NCBI GenBank assembly: GCA_003427395.1
Contig: BFEA01000013.1
Coordinates: forward strand, 2,298,264-2,362,263
Length of the DNA stretch: 64,000 nucleotides
Source: Chara braunii
Lineage: Eukaryota > Plantae > Charophyceae
Reading direction: 5' to 3'
A model generated the notes under the pieces. The model saw only the letters and a program-made list of their open reading frames with translations. It was not told where the DNA came from and searched no databases. Positions 1 to 12,334 of this stretch are shown here, in pieces (the first letter of the stretch is position 1; each line of letters opens with the position of its first letter). The translations under genes were made by a program, and so were the position numbers.

Positions 1-72
<72 letters not shown>

Positions 73-76
73 CTCT
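1..76. repeat. (CA)n microsatellite followed by short (CT)n
   Basis: Direct: CA x34 from base 1, then CT repeats. Confidence 0.97.
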
Positions 77-170
77 CCTCTACACTCCGTGATTTTTTTT
101 TTTATTTTTTTTTTTGCGATTTTCTCAGTTGTGTCTGCCACTTCGTCGTGGTTGTTACTGTTGTCGTGCA

Positions 171-555
171 GGTCATCTGCGCTCAAACACCTCCAGGAGC
201 AGATCAAGAAACATTTCACGATTGAGGGGACGCGGGGAAAGAATGTGAAAAAGGGATCGAAGTACTGGAGGTGTAACTACTAAGACTTGCGGTTGGCCGG
301 GACTGCCACAAGGCTCCGGGATCACTTCTTGGAGAGCGGGGGGGGTCTGGTTGCAGCAGGGAGGGGGGGAAGCTGGGGGTAGGTATATTGTTTATTATTT
401 TTTTAAATTCCGGCGCACATGGCGCACAGACTGCAGCGCACCGCACAGCGCACGGCGCAAGGCGCACAGCGCACAGTGCGCTGTCTGCTGATCCGGCGCA
501 CAGCGCACAGTGCACCGGCGCGCACAGCGCAGCGCACACGTGCGCCGCAAGTATG
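171..555 (+). mobile_element. Internally deleted hAT-like DNA transposon end: BED zinc-finger remnant plus GCGCACA subterminal repeats
   Basis: After an acceptor-like GTGCAG (~171), the frame of ORF 89..283 reads KKHF..WRCNY*DLRLAGTATRLRDHFL, a BED-finger pattern with one Cys lost to a stop. 413-545 is a dense array of GCGCAC(A) motifs ending in ...GCCGCAAGTATG, a plausible TIR. The left end is not in the window. Confidence 0.55.
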
Positions 556-736
556 GTGAAAACCGTTTCATTGCCTACAAATTTTTATTTTCTTTTCAGC
601 ATAAGATATGAATTCTTGAATCTTGGTACTTACTGTCGTAACTTTGTGCTTTATCGCAAATTTGAATTTTCCAAATTTCCACCGATTAAGGAATTGTTTT
701 CCACAAAAATTCGTTCCTTTTTCAGATTAACAAAAT

Positions 737-821
737 AGTGGCAAACTGCGGTAATTTTCAAATTTCGAAAATTGTTCGTTTTGCAAATTTGAACTTTCAA
801 AATTCCCCATACCTTGCCACT
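737..821. repeat. Small imperfect AT-rich palindrome (MITE-like remnant)
   Basis: AGTGGCAA...TTGCCACT with roughly 40-bp imperfect arms. Confidence 0.4.
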
Positions 822-978
822 TTATTTCAAAATTTCGCCTATTGTGCAAAATCCGAATTTATTTTTGCTGATTATATATGGTAGAGGCCACTCGCCACAG
901 AGAGCTTGTGAAAGTAAGTAGACAATGGATCAGTGAGCAACTGATGCATTTCCAGAATTATTTTTCGGTTTCCTCTAT

Positions 979-1901
979 TGCGTGGCCATTGCCTCTATGA
1001 GCCCCATAAGGCCCCATTTTTGCAGCCCGTCAGCCGCCCTAAGTGAAGGCAGGCTCGACGAGGCCGTCAGGGCCCTTCTCTGGCCACTACGCAACTCAGG
1101 GAAATTCAGGCAGTTGCGCAGCGCCAGTTGGTTGAGTGAATCCAGGCCCTGGGCCGCTTGTGTGAATGAATGTGAAGCAGGCCCTGGGCTGGATACGGGT
1201 ACCGGGCCAAACAAAGGCCGAAGGCAGTTGGGCACATGCATCCACTACAGGCACAGGGCCTGCTCTCGTCGTGCTGGGCCTCAGGCTACCGGTGCCTACT
1301 GGAAGTTTCCTGGGACTGGACGCAGGCAGGCCACTTCGATATAGGGAAGGGCCTGCCTCCTCATTCGGCATTCGGGTGCTGGCTGCATGCTGCACAAGCG
1401 CTGCTGCTGCGCTATTTGCTGGCTGGCGCCTACGCTCTCACGGGCGAGAAGGGAAGGAGCGGGCAGCCATAGCCGAGCTGCTCTGCTGTGAGCTGGGTGT
1501 GGCGCATGGTGGTCCTTGGGTGCTAGTGGCATCTGTGAGTTGGGGAACGAGGTTGTGAGTGTAGCGCGAGACATACCTGGTGCTGGAAGCGTGCGACATT
1601 GGTCGCCATATGCTCGTACTTCGGGGATGCTGTTGATGTCATCTTTCGGCTTCGTAGTATAGGCTAGATAGGATCTGCCACATGTATTCTGGGCGACGAC
1701 CGCCAGATAGGATATCAACTCTGGTTCTTCATTGATGATGATGGGACTATTTCAGCATTGTCAATTATGAACTCTTGGTGTGTTTTTATTTGGTGATTCT
1801 CGTGATGCAATGCTGCTGTTGGTTCGAGGTCAAGACTATCTGGACTCGTATGTATGATGCTGTTTGATTGCTGAAGTTCGCTATTGCTCATCTTCCTTGC
1901 A
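979..1901 (+). repeat. 5' LTR of element 1
   Basis: Nearly identical to 8798-9720; only two differences seen (983/8802 and 1032/8851). Confidence 0.97.
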
Positions 1902-1904
1902 ATT

Positions 1905-1916
1905 TGGTATCGGAGC
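1905..1916 (+). promoter_or_regulatory. Primer binding site, initiator tRNA-Met
   Basis: TGGTATCGGAGC, 3 nt after the LTR (canonical TGGTATCAGAGC). Confidence 0.9.
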
Positions 1917-3168
1917 TGTGGTACGATTGCGCTCATCTGGCGCTTGTCTTCTGCCTTATGCGGTACATAGATGCGGTCTGCTGGGCGAGTTTGGCCGTAA
2001 GTGGTGTGTAGTGAGGAGGGTGGAAACAAGTGTAAGGCGACCCAGGAGGTGAGGGGAATCACCAGGAAGGCTACGGAAGTGTAATGTGGTCTGGACAGTG
2101 TGATGAGAACTATCTAATGTGCGATTGATGCTGAGGTGGAACGGCGAGTTAATGCTCTTGCTGATGCAGTGACTGGTCATCGCAATCGCCATTTGGTCAT
2201 CTGGTGAGATTATCTCTGTGGTTGGGGACAGCAAATTGAGGTACGTTGCTCTTAACCTTATCTTCCCTCTCCGACACTTCTTACCGTGAGGTTGTGTGTT
2301 CCTTCTTGAGAGTCCTCTCATCGTGAGGTGTCAAGTGCGCTCAACCTTGAGAGTCGGCAATGTTCACGTGGAGCATCTGGGTGGAGATGGGCGAAGCTTT
2401 CTGAAGGCCCCTGGACGAAGCACTGGGTCACGGTCACCATGCCAACCCACAGGGAGTAGAACACGCATGCCTTGCTGCTTGTCCTTTGTTTGGCTTGCTG
2501 CGCTGTTAGGTGGGTACTACTGGGCAGGCCAGCCCTACAGGAAAGACGAGCACCCGGCGTCTATAAATAAACACGGGAAGGGGAACCATTGGCTGTGATC
2601 GTCGTCCGGCTGCAACGTAAAATAATTCCTGAAGTCACTTGGGGGCGGACGTTAAATTGCCCCTGGATCAGCCAATGGTTGGAAGGCTCGCGGCACGCCG
2701 AGGATAAATATACGTGCAAGGCTGGCCAGCTCAGTGGATTCTCGGGGCACAGGGGTGGGCCGGGCACACACCTTTAGACACGCTACGCCTCCAGATTGCT
2801 CAGGGACGCTGACGTCAAGAGATACTCAGGGGAACTAAGGGAGGGGTTGATTCTAGGTGATAAGTTCGAGAAAATGCCATGCTGTCCTATCCACACAACT
2901 GATTTTATTTTTATGTTTTTGATTAGTTAGATGTATTGCCATTGACATCTGACAGACAACATTAGTTAGGACTGGTTATTGTTCCTGGTGCTTCTGTTTG
3001 CGGACTAGTCAGACTAAAAATAGTTTCAGTTGTAGGAATCTGACTTACCTGTTGACCTCAAGTGATATCTGTTTCGAAATAGCCACCAATTAATTAGTTG
3101 GTCTGTGCACTATGTTGCGGTAGGCATCTTGAATGATCTAGTGTAGACAGTGCACAATGTTGTAGCCT

Positions 3169-5141
3169 ATGAGCGACGAGGAGGACACCGGAGAGGACGA
3201 CCGCAGGATCTTGCGATCAGCTAGAGGCCCGGGAGCTCACGTGTCCCTAGGACCGGAGGGTGATAGGATTCTGTTCCGCCAGCTTAGGGAGAGGCAGCAG
3301 CAGCAGAGGAGGGCTAGAGCAGCCGAGGCCAGCAGAACTTTAGTGAGCGAGGCCGGTGCTACAGCAGCCATGGCCACTACAGCCATGGTCACTTCTGCGC
3401 AGCAGACTTCCCAAGCCGGTAGTTCAGGTGCCATCGGGTCAACGGTCGCGCAGACCGTGAGTCAGTCCACTGGCATTATGGCAAGCCAGACCGTGGTGTT
3501 GACTCCAGAGGATGTCGCCATCCAGCAAGCAGCCCTGCAGGAGGCACAGCTACAGCGGGCATTAGGAGAGATAAAAGCGGAAAAGGAAAAGATGATCAGA
3601 AGAAGAGCCAGGATGCAGCGGAGAGGGGCAGACATAGAGGAGTTAGAATTGGACCTGACACACATGGATGCCGATGTGAAGGTAGTTAGGAGGGCCCTGC
3701 TAGGCGTAATAGAGATGCAGGAGCATCAAACTACCATCCTTCAGGACATTCAACAGAGCCTAGCCGTTTTGGCAGGCCGTGCTCAGGCAGCACCATCACC
3801 AGCCGCGCCGGTGCCTGGTCCGTGCCATATCCTCTGTCTTTTGTCCCATCGGTGACAGGGGTATCCCCATATGTAGCCCCCTCAACGGTTGCTATCGTTT
3901 CCCTAGGCATGCCGCTGTCAGGAGGGGTAACAACAGGGAGTAGTTTGCAGGTTCCTGTACAGACAATGTTTACTCCAAGTCCGTCGCAGGTTGCAGTCAC
4001 CACGCAGCCTGTTGTCTCGCAGCCTGAGCAGCCTCAGGGCACGCAGCCCCAGCAGCTAGCACAGCAACATGTGTCACTGGGTCCACAGCCCGGAGTGATG
4101 CAGGGACCGGTACAAACGCAGTGGGTTCCAAAGACGGCCATCGCCACTCCCAAACCTTTTACAGGGGACACGAGAGGCGAAGACCTCGACACGTGGTTGA
4201 GGGCAGTGCCGGTCTACGTCAGGTGTAAACTCACCTTGCCGCACGAAGAAGTGCTTGTGGCTGCTTCCTACCTAGAGGGTAGTCCAGCAAGATGGTTGAG
4301 TGGTTTAGTTCAAGGATATGGTCATGACTTCCGCGCTTGGGCAGCCTCCCAGAAACTGGAGGACTTCCTGAAGATGGTGGAAGAAAGGTGGCATGATTCT
4401 CAGGAGGCCCAAAGGGCCACTGATGCGATTCTGACACTGCACACAAGGCAGTTTAAGTCAGTAAGGGAAGCCACCGACGCTGTTGAGCGTCTGATCTGTG
4501 TCCCAGGGGTGCGCTATGACCCCAGGTCCTGTTGACTTCGTTCCTGAGATGCTTTTCTCAGCCTCTCAGGAACCAGTTGGCAAAAGAGGCCAACATCAAT
4601 ATGCACAACTTCCCTTCGCTTAGCAAGGTGGCCCTAGACCTTGAAGCAAAGATAGGGCATGGACAGACACCCACTACGGATGGGAGGAAGAAGACAGTTT
4701 CCCAACTGGAAAGCGAAAGCTCGCTTGATGTTTGTCGACAACGATGGTTCAACCATCGAGGTGGACGACAACTTCCAGGAGGGAGTAGGTTCAGAGGCAG
4801 GCAGCGTAGACGCTTCAGAGGGTGGAGTAGTCGCTGCCGTTTCTCAAAAAGGAAAGGCGACCGGTAGACGCCGCGGAGGCTCCCGGTCTAGGAGTCAAGT
4901 TGACCCCAATGCTCCATGGGAGAAAGCGGGTCTGACAGAGGACGTGTGGAGAGACCGTTACTAACGGCAGGCCTGTATTCGTTGTGGTCAATATGGCCAT
5001 AACCAATTCAAGTGCCACAACAAGAAGGTGACAGAAAAGATCCCGCATACGATGGGGCAACTGTTGGGATCCTCTTAGCCCGTTGGTAGCAATGTTGCCA
5101 GTTCTTTAGGCAGTGCTCCGGGAAACATGTCGGGCGAGTAG
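3169..5141 (+). pseudogene. gag: gag of element 1 (frameshifts and stops)
   Basis: ORF pieces 3169-3855, 3822-4535, 4532-4867 and 4659-4964; capsid-like PKPFTGD..LDTWL; CCHC knuckle CIRCGQYGHNQFKC at ~4974-5015. Confidence 0.9.
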
Positions 5142-8100
5142 GAATTGTAGCTGTTCCTGCTAGGGTCGAGGTGGTGGAGACACCCTCACCATCTCGAGAG
5201 ATGGCCCAAGCTACTGACTCTAGCGTCGTCCCGCAAACACGTTCAGACCTATCGAGCCTCTGTTCGATGAATGTGTTCGAGTCCTTAGAGGAGCTAGAGG
5301 TAGAGTGGTCTAGATCAGACCCGCTAGCTTTTTGGACGACACTAGTCAAAGCCTTGAAGGGTGAGATGTTCGTCAGCGAGGTAGTCATTCGCGGCCTCAA
5401 GGCCGGGGCCTATTATGACACGTGCTCGACGTGAAACTTTATTAATCGTGCGTGCATTAAGAGACTGCGCTTACAGGGGCAAGTGCAATGCTTGAGTCGA
5501 CCTGTGGAGTCGACCTGTGCCAACAAACAGCGCATGGTAGTCAATGACTACCTCCAAGATGTAGAGTGTTGTTTCCCGTACGCGGGAGGGGACTTGAGAC
5601 ATCGTGTCTCGTTCCTGGTGAGTGACGAGCTCCCAATGGACATGTTACTAGGTATGTACTACCTCTCTGTTGCACAACCCCAGTTTGATTGGGACCGAAA
5701 AGTGGTCAAACACAACTTGCCAGGTGGAGGGACCGCCTGATTACATAAGTTCAAAGCTAGTAGTCTGATTGAGTCCTATGGGTGCATGTGTGCGCCCACG
5801 TTCTACAATTATTATAAGCAAAATCAGGAGGGTATATATTTAGTCTATGTCTCTGCTGCAGGCGAGCCGGTGAAAATGCTGCCGGAGATAGAGGGAGTAG
5901 TTGCTAAGTACCCTGATCTATTTGAAGAGCCAACGGGGGTTGTTGAGAGGGAGGTCTTCCATGCAATAGAGATTATCAAAGGGTCTAGTATTCCGAAGGG
6001 TAGGATCTATCGGATGTCTCCAGGCGAGCTTGATGAGCTTCGCCGCCAACTCAAGGAACTCGTAGAGAAGGGTTGGATCTGGCCGAGTGTCTCTCTTTAT
6101 GGGTCTCCAGTTCTATTCGTGCCTAAGAAGGAGGGTACTCTTAGGATGTGCATTGACTATAGGGGCCTCAATGCCATCATTGTAAAGAACAGAGAGCCCC
6201 TACCGCACATTGATGATCTGTTAGATAGAGTGCAAGGGTGTCGGTACTTCGGTAAGATAGATCTGAAGTCCGGGTACCATCAGATTGCAATCCGGCCCGA
6301 GGATCAGNGGATCAGCACAAAACCGCTTTCCAGACCAGGTACGGTCTGTACGAGTTTGTGGTGATGCCTTTTGGCCTTTGCAATGCTCCTGGCACCTTTC
6401 AGCACGCTATGAATCAGATATTCCATGACTACTTAGATAAGTTTGTCATCGTGTACCTCGATGACATACTTATCTTTAGTAAGACTGTCGAGGAGCACGT
6501 TGCACATTTGGACAAAGTCCTCAGCCTCCTACGACAACACAAGTTCAAGATTAACGGTGAGAAGTGCGAGTTTGGCCGCACCCGTGTCTTGTACTTGGGT
6601 CAGGAGATCTCCGCGGAAGGGTTGAAGCTCGATGACGCGAAGGTGGCCAGCATTCGCGATTGGCCACGTCCTCAGTCTGTGACTGAGATGAGATCTTTCT
6701 TAGGAATGACAGGCTACTATAGGACTTTCGTTAAGAACTATAGCATAGTGGCCGCTCCTTTGACTGATCTGACCCGCCTTGACACCCCATGGGAGTGGAC
6801 AAATGAGTGCGAGGCTGCTTTCAGACATCTGAAGCATGTGTTGACGCACTATGAAGTCTTGAAACTTCGTGATCCTGACAAGCCGTTCATAGTCACCACG
6901 GATGCCAGCCAATATGGCATTGGTGCCGTGCTCGCGCAGCAGGAGGGGCCAAAGTTGAGGCCAGTCGAGTACATGTCGAAAAAGATGCCGTCTCAGAAGT
7001 TGGCAAAGTCAACTCTACGCAGTGTACAAGGCTCTGTCCCATTGGAGACACTATCTCCTAGGAAGATTCTTCATCCTCAGGACTGATCATCAAACCTTGA
7101 GATGGATGAGAACTCAGCCAGTACTATCTGACGCTCTGAAGCGTTGGATCGAAGTCATTGAGCAATATGACTTCGACCCCCAGTATCTCAAAGGGGAGTA
7201 CAATAAGGTGGCTGATGCCTTGTCGCGTAGACCTGACTTTTCAGGTGTGCTGATTACTGAGTTCGATCTCACAGACGATGTTACTCGCTCTTTGGTGGAC
7301 GCTTATCGCGAGGATCAGTTCATGTCTTAGATCATACGCCGACTCCAGGCAAAGGACAAGAAGACTTCTCCTGAGTTTGAGTTGGTCAATGGATTGCCCG
7401 AGTAGGGAGTCTTTGCGTAGTTTGTTTTTAGGCGAGTGTCATGATGCCATCGGCCATTTTGGGTATGAAAAGACCGCAGCCAGCCTGCTGCAGCGGTTCT
7501 GGTGGCCCACGATGATGCGAGATGCTCAGCTGTACGTGGAGACTTGTCAAGTTTGTCAACGAGACAAGCCACGTACTCAGGCTCCTCTTGGGCTTGTGAA
7601 GCCCCTTCCGATTCCGGAACGGCCTGGTGAGAGTCTGTCCATGGATTTCATGTATACTCTGATCACCAGCAAGAGTGGAATGCGTCACATCTTCGTCATC
7701 GTGGATAGATTTAGTAAGTATGCTAGGTTAATAGCCATGCCGGAAACAGCAAAGACGGAGTACGTGATTAGAATGTTTAAAGAAAACTGGGTCAGGGACT
7801 TTGGTCTACCGAAGTCTATTATTAGTGACAGAGATGTCTGGTTCACCAGTGAGTTGTGGAAGGCCGCTGCTGCAGAACAGGGAACTCAGTTGCAGATGAC
7901 TTCTGGGAATCACCCAGAGGCCAACGGTCAGGCTGAGCAACTGAACCGCGCTGTGCAACACCTGTTGAGGCATTACATCAAGCCCACCCAGGTGGACTGG
8001 GATGAGAAGCTTGCTCTCATCGCCAGCTTGTACAACAAAGCTGTACACCGCCACCGGGGTGAGCCCAAACAGCTTACTGCTAACATTCAAGCCTAGACTA

Positions 8101-8760
8101 CCCCTAGACTTTCTTCTTCCTGAGAATCAAACCAATGCTGCACCAGGTACTTTGGAATTTGCTTAACGCTATGAACAGAAGATGCAGCAGGCTGTAGAAC
8201 AGATGCAGAAGGCGCAGGCTGCAATGATAGAGTCTGAAAATAGACACCGCCGGCCTTCTACATTTCAGGTTGGGGATAGGGTCTGGGTTAAGTCGTCGGA
8301 ACTGGGACAAGAGCACGGGATTTCCCGCAAACTCATGCCCCAGTACTTTGGACCCTGGGAAGTCTTGGATATCATTGGGACAGATCCAGATGGGCCATCC
8401 TATGTTATCCAGATACCTGGTCATCTCCGTACTTACCCTGTCTTTCACACCTCCAAACTGGCACCTTTTAAAGAGACTGATCAGTTTCCATCTCATCGCT
8501 CAATGCTGCCCCCAACCATGGACGGAGAGGTGGACATTGATGATATTGTGGATCACAGAGAGCTGCCGGTATCAAGACCAGCAGACCGGGGACGTCCTCC
8601 AGAACCGAAGCTGCAGTACCGCGTTCGGTTCCGGCATCACACTGATCCGAAGGAGGACCGCTGGTTCACCAGGGAAGAGCTCATGCAGACCGCTCCTCAA
8701 GTTGTAACCCAATACTAGAGATCTCTGCAGAAGGGAAAGCACCCTATGGTCGAAGACTGA
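5120..8760 (+). pseudogene. pol: pol of element 1 (PR, RT, RNase H, integrase, chromodomain), disrupted
   Basis: PR YYDTCST ~5410; RT LRMCIDYRGLN, KIDLKSGYHQ, YLDD ~6452; RH TTDASQYGIG; INT HHCC and GQAEQLN; GPWEV; chromodomain DIDDIVDH..YRVRF..DRWFTREEL at ~8530-8718. Confidence 0.95.
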
Positions 8761-8784
8761 GCTTCTCAGAGGACTGTTGAAGCT

Positions 8785-8797
8785 GAGGAGGAGGGAA
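8785..8797 (+). promoter_or_regulatory. Polypurine tract of element 1
   Basis: GAGGAGGAGGGAA immediately before the 3' LTR. Confidence 0.9.
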
Positions 8798-9720
8798 TGC
8801 GAGGCCATTGCCTCTATGAGCCCCATAAGGCCCCATTTTTGCAGCCCGTCGGCCGCCCTAAGTGAAGGCAGGCTCGACGAGGCCGTCAGGGCCCTTCTCT
8901 GGCCACTACGCAACTCAGGGAAATTCAGGCAGTTGCGCAGCGCCAGTTGGTTGAGTGAATCCAGGCCCTGGGCCGCTTGTGTGAATGAATGTGAAGCAGG
9001 CCCTGGGCTGGATACGGGTACCGGGCCAAACAAAGGCCGAAGGCAGTTGGGCACATGCATCCACTACAGGCACAGGGCCTGCTCTCGTCGTGCTGGGCCT
9101 CAGGCTACCGGTGCCTACTGGAAGTTTCCTGGGACTGGACGCAGGCAGGCCACTTCGATATAGGGAAGGGCCTGCCTCCTCATTCGGCATTCGGGTGCTG
9201 GCTGCATGCTGCACAAGCGCTGCTGCTGCGCTATTTGCTGGCTGGCGCCTACGCTCTCACGGGCGAGAAGGGAAGGAGCGGGCAGCCATAGCCGAGCTGC
9301 TCTGCTGTGAGCTGGGTGTGGCGCATGGTGGTCCTTGGGTGCTAGTGGCATCTGTGAGTTGGGGAACGAGGTTGTGAGTGTAGCGCGAGACATACCTGGT
9401 GCTGGAAGCGTGCGACATTGGTCGCCATATGCTCGTACTTCGGGGATGCTGTTGATGTCATCTTTCGGCTTCGTAGTATAGGCTAGATAGGATCTGCCAC
9501 ATGTATTCTGGGCGACGACCGCCAGATAGGATATCAACTCTGGTTCTTCATTGATGATGATGGGACTATTTCAGCATTGTCAATTATGAACTCTTGGTGT
9601 GTTTTTATTTGGTGATTCTCGTGATGCAATGCTGCTGTTGGTTCGAGGTCAAGACTATCTGGACTCGTATGTATGATGCTGTTTGATTGCTGAAGTTCGC
9701 TATTGCTCATCTTCCTTGCA
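8798..9720 (+). repeat. 3' LTR of element 1
   Basis: Direct repeat of 979-1901. Confidence 0.97.
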
Positions 9721-9899
9721 CTATTTAAATCCGATTATTTTTTTGGCCAAATTGTCCTTTCTACTACTTCATTTTACAGCCCACTGACAATGCCTAACTG
9801 ACACACTACCGACATGCAATTTTTCCTGTTGATTGAAATATTCCCAGTACCCGCAAAGTTCAACTTGCATACAACAGCGAACATCGACGTGAGAACTCA

Positions 9900-10064
9900 C
9901 ACATGAGAAGCCAAAACGAGATACAATCCACACTCCAAGATGTCGTCACCAGTATTATTGTCAATATACAAGAATGTTTGTCACCAGCGGCTCTGCCACG
10001 CACTCATACACAGTGTGTCTCAACCAATTGGCTGCTATGGCTTCCCCTTCTCTCTGTCTCTCTG

Positions 10065-10103
<39 letters not shown>

Positions 10104-11120
10104 TGTCTCTCTCCCTCTTCCCTGGATGGTTACCCTGGATACACCCACTCAGCTATCGTACACCAACGGGGTATTCAATGTCGCTCCTACTGTCTGGCGC
10201 CCAGCGCCCAGCCTACTCTACACATCCTACCTAGCCTATCTACATTCGTGCAACAGGCTCACTTCGACATCGAAGAGCAAAGTACATGATGTCAACACCA
10301 ATGCCAACCTCCCACATACACCAGGTACATTCTCTCGACTCCCCTCATCACCCCTTGTCCACCCACACCTGCGCCTTCTTCCTGAAGACCATCATCGCCC
10401 GTCACCCGCTTGCGCTCTGCAGCCCGTCTATGGCCGCTTGGCGTCCCGCTGCCCTGCAGCGCCCACACCTCTTAGCGCCCGCGCGCACCCCAGCCAGCAG
10501 TAGCGCATGCAGACACTTGCGCTCTATCACAGCAGCTTGTCCGCATTGCCTGCCTAGGCCAGCCTACTCTACACTGGCTGGCCTCCTCCCAATATGGGAG
10601 TCACTGCCCTGCTGCTGGACTGTCTGGGCCTGGCCGACGAGGTTTCCAGTAGCTTCTGGTCGGGCCCCAGTGTCTGCGCCCAGGCCCATGTCTACAGTTG
10701 ATGGCCTGGGCCCTTTTCAGTCGGGCACACCCAGGATCATGCAGGCTCCGAATGTTTGCTGTGTTTGCATTCACTCGCAGGGTTGGTGTGCCGACAATGC
10801 TGCATTCTCATTGGCCCGCGGCCACTTCCTGATGTGTCGGCCTCATGCTGCGTGTGCCCAGGGCGCAACCACCTACGTCCAGAGCTCAACTGCCTGACGC
10901 AGCTGCTTCTTCTGGAAGAGCCCAGGGTGAGTCCTATGTTGCACTTCAATCAACTGGCGTGCAGCAACTGTCTGATACCCACATTGGAAAATGCTGAGAT
11001 AAGGGCCTCTTGTGGATATTCAGGCCCACCTTCACTTAGGGCGGGCACGAGGCTTGCTGGGGACCACCGTCCAGAACATATGCATGTTGTTTAGGGCCCC
11101 ATGAGGACACATTCCTCACA
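9900..11120 (-). mobile_element. Old solo LTR or LTR remnant related to the chromovirus LTRs (left boundary uncertain)
   Basis: 10170-10330 and 10630-10710 resemble the reverse complement of the element 1 LTR and 18400-18910. The right end reads TGTGAGGAATGTGTCCTCATGGGGCCC on minus, like the other LTR starts. Contains a (CT)n tract at ~10048-10100. Confidence 0.6.
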
Positions 11121-11443
11121 TTAGGGTCACAGCTCGTTGAGATGGCCTTCAGTCCAGTCGAAGAATTGTGGGCTGCATCCTGTTCAGGGAACCCTAGCAA
11201 GATGTAGAACCAAGTATTGCATACTGTTTTGAAAGTGTCTCTGCTACTTCCGTTCTCTCTTCTTGTCTGTTTGGAGATGTGGTCAAATATTTGAGAGTGT
11301 TGGTAATTTCTCTGCATGATTGGTGTAGATTAGGTAGCAGGTGCTGCAATAAATTTATTTATGTGTGAATATAGCGTTGGGCATTTAACCTAGTTTTGAG
11401 ATTGTTGGTATCATTCCTCTCCTCTCTTCTTGACTGTATGCAG

Positions 11444-12139
11444 ATGAGGTCCGCCATTCTGAAGCCAAGACCTGAGATGTTCCCGAAGTATGTCGAAGAT
11501 GAGCCACCTGCGTTGCCAGAATGTTTCACACCGGCCTTTACAGCTCATCTCCACAACACATTTAACAGACCTCAGCTGAGTGCAATACAGTGGGCTGCAG
11601 CACACACAGCCGCAGGTGGTTCGAGTAGGTTTGGGAACAAAAGCAATGCTGGTGCTGATCTAAGTACTAGTGGAGGACAGTCGCAGGAACCCTGGCCGTT
11701 CACTCTTGTCCAGGGTCCTCCAGGGACAGGTAAGACACACACTGTCTGGGGAATGCTGAATGTGATACATTTAGTGCATTTTCAGCGCTACTACCAATCT
11801 CTTCTGCGGAAACTTGCACCACAGGCGGTGGCTATGTTAGCCCCAGAAGGTGCTCGGCATAGTGGGAATAGTAAGGGAGCGGATCAGGATGAGGATGGAT
11901 GTGACACCGATGCACCGAGCGGGATTGATGAGTTACTTGAGCAGATGGATTCCAATCTGTTTCGCCTTTTGCCAAAGCTCTGCCCTAAGCCTCGGATGCT
12001 GGTCTGTGCTCCTTCCAACGCTGCAACTGATGAGCTGCTGGCCAGAGTTCTTGAGCGGGGCTTCATTGATGGAGAGATGCAGCAATACAAACCGGATGTT
12101 GCAAGAGTGGGAATGGATGCTCAATCCAAAGCAGCACAG
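11444..12139 (+). CDS. Internal exon of a host Sen1/senataxin-UPF1-like superfamily 1 helicase (plant MAA3-related P-loop helicase family)
   Basis: Polypyrimidine tract and TGCAG acceptor at 11443; CAG/GTAACT donor at 12140; 696 bp, phase 0/0, no stops. Shows FNRPQLSAI (Q motif), LVQGPPGTGKT (Walker A), RMLVCAPSNAATDELL (motif Ia) and VARVG. Confidence 0.93.
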
Positions 12140-12334
12140 GTAACTTTGGTTATATCTCTTTGCCTGTTGCTTTCTTCATTGGATGACTTGTATTGTTGCA
12201 CAGGTTTGTGGTCCATGTGTTGGCTACTAAAAACTTGTACAATGCTGTAGGTGAGCACGATGTATTGTTGTACCGGGCTGCAACAACCCTCGCCCCCATT
12301 TTGTTCACATTGGCCTCTTCTGAGGCCGCGCTTG

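Larger units (their letters stand above)
979..9720 (+). mobile_element. Full-length Ty3/gypsy chromovirus LTR retrotransposon (element 1), coding region disabled
   Basis: 923-bp TG...CA LTRs at 979-1901 and 8798-9720; 4-bp TSD CTAT (975-978 / 9721-9724); tRNA-Met PBS; PPT; domain order gag-PR-RT-RH-INT-chromodomain. Confidence 0.97.

Noticed and set aside
216-738. Ala/His/Cys-rich ORFs
   Set aside because: Translations of GCGCAC subterminal repeats.
982-1718. ORFs in the element 1 LTRs (repeated at 8777-9537)
   Set aside because: GC-rich LTR sequence with no domain motifs; duplicated only because the LTRs are.
11396-12250. The 284-aa ORF as a complete protein
   Set aside because: Both ends run into intron sequence; only 11444-12139 is helicase-like.
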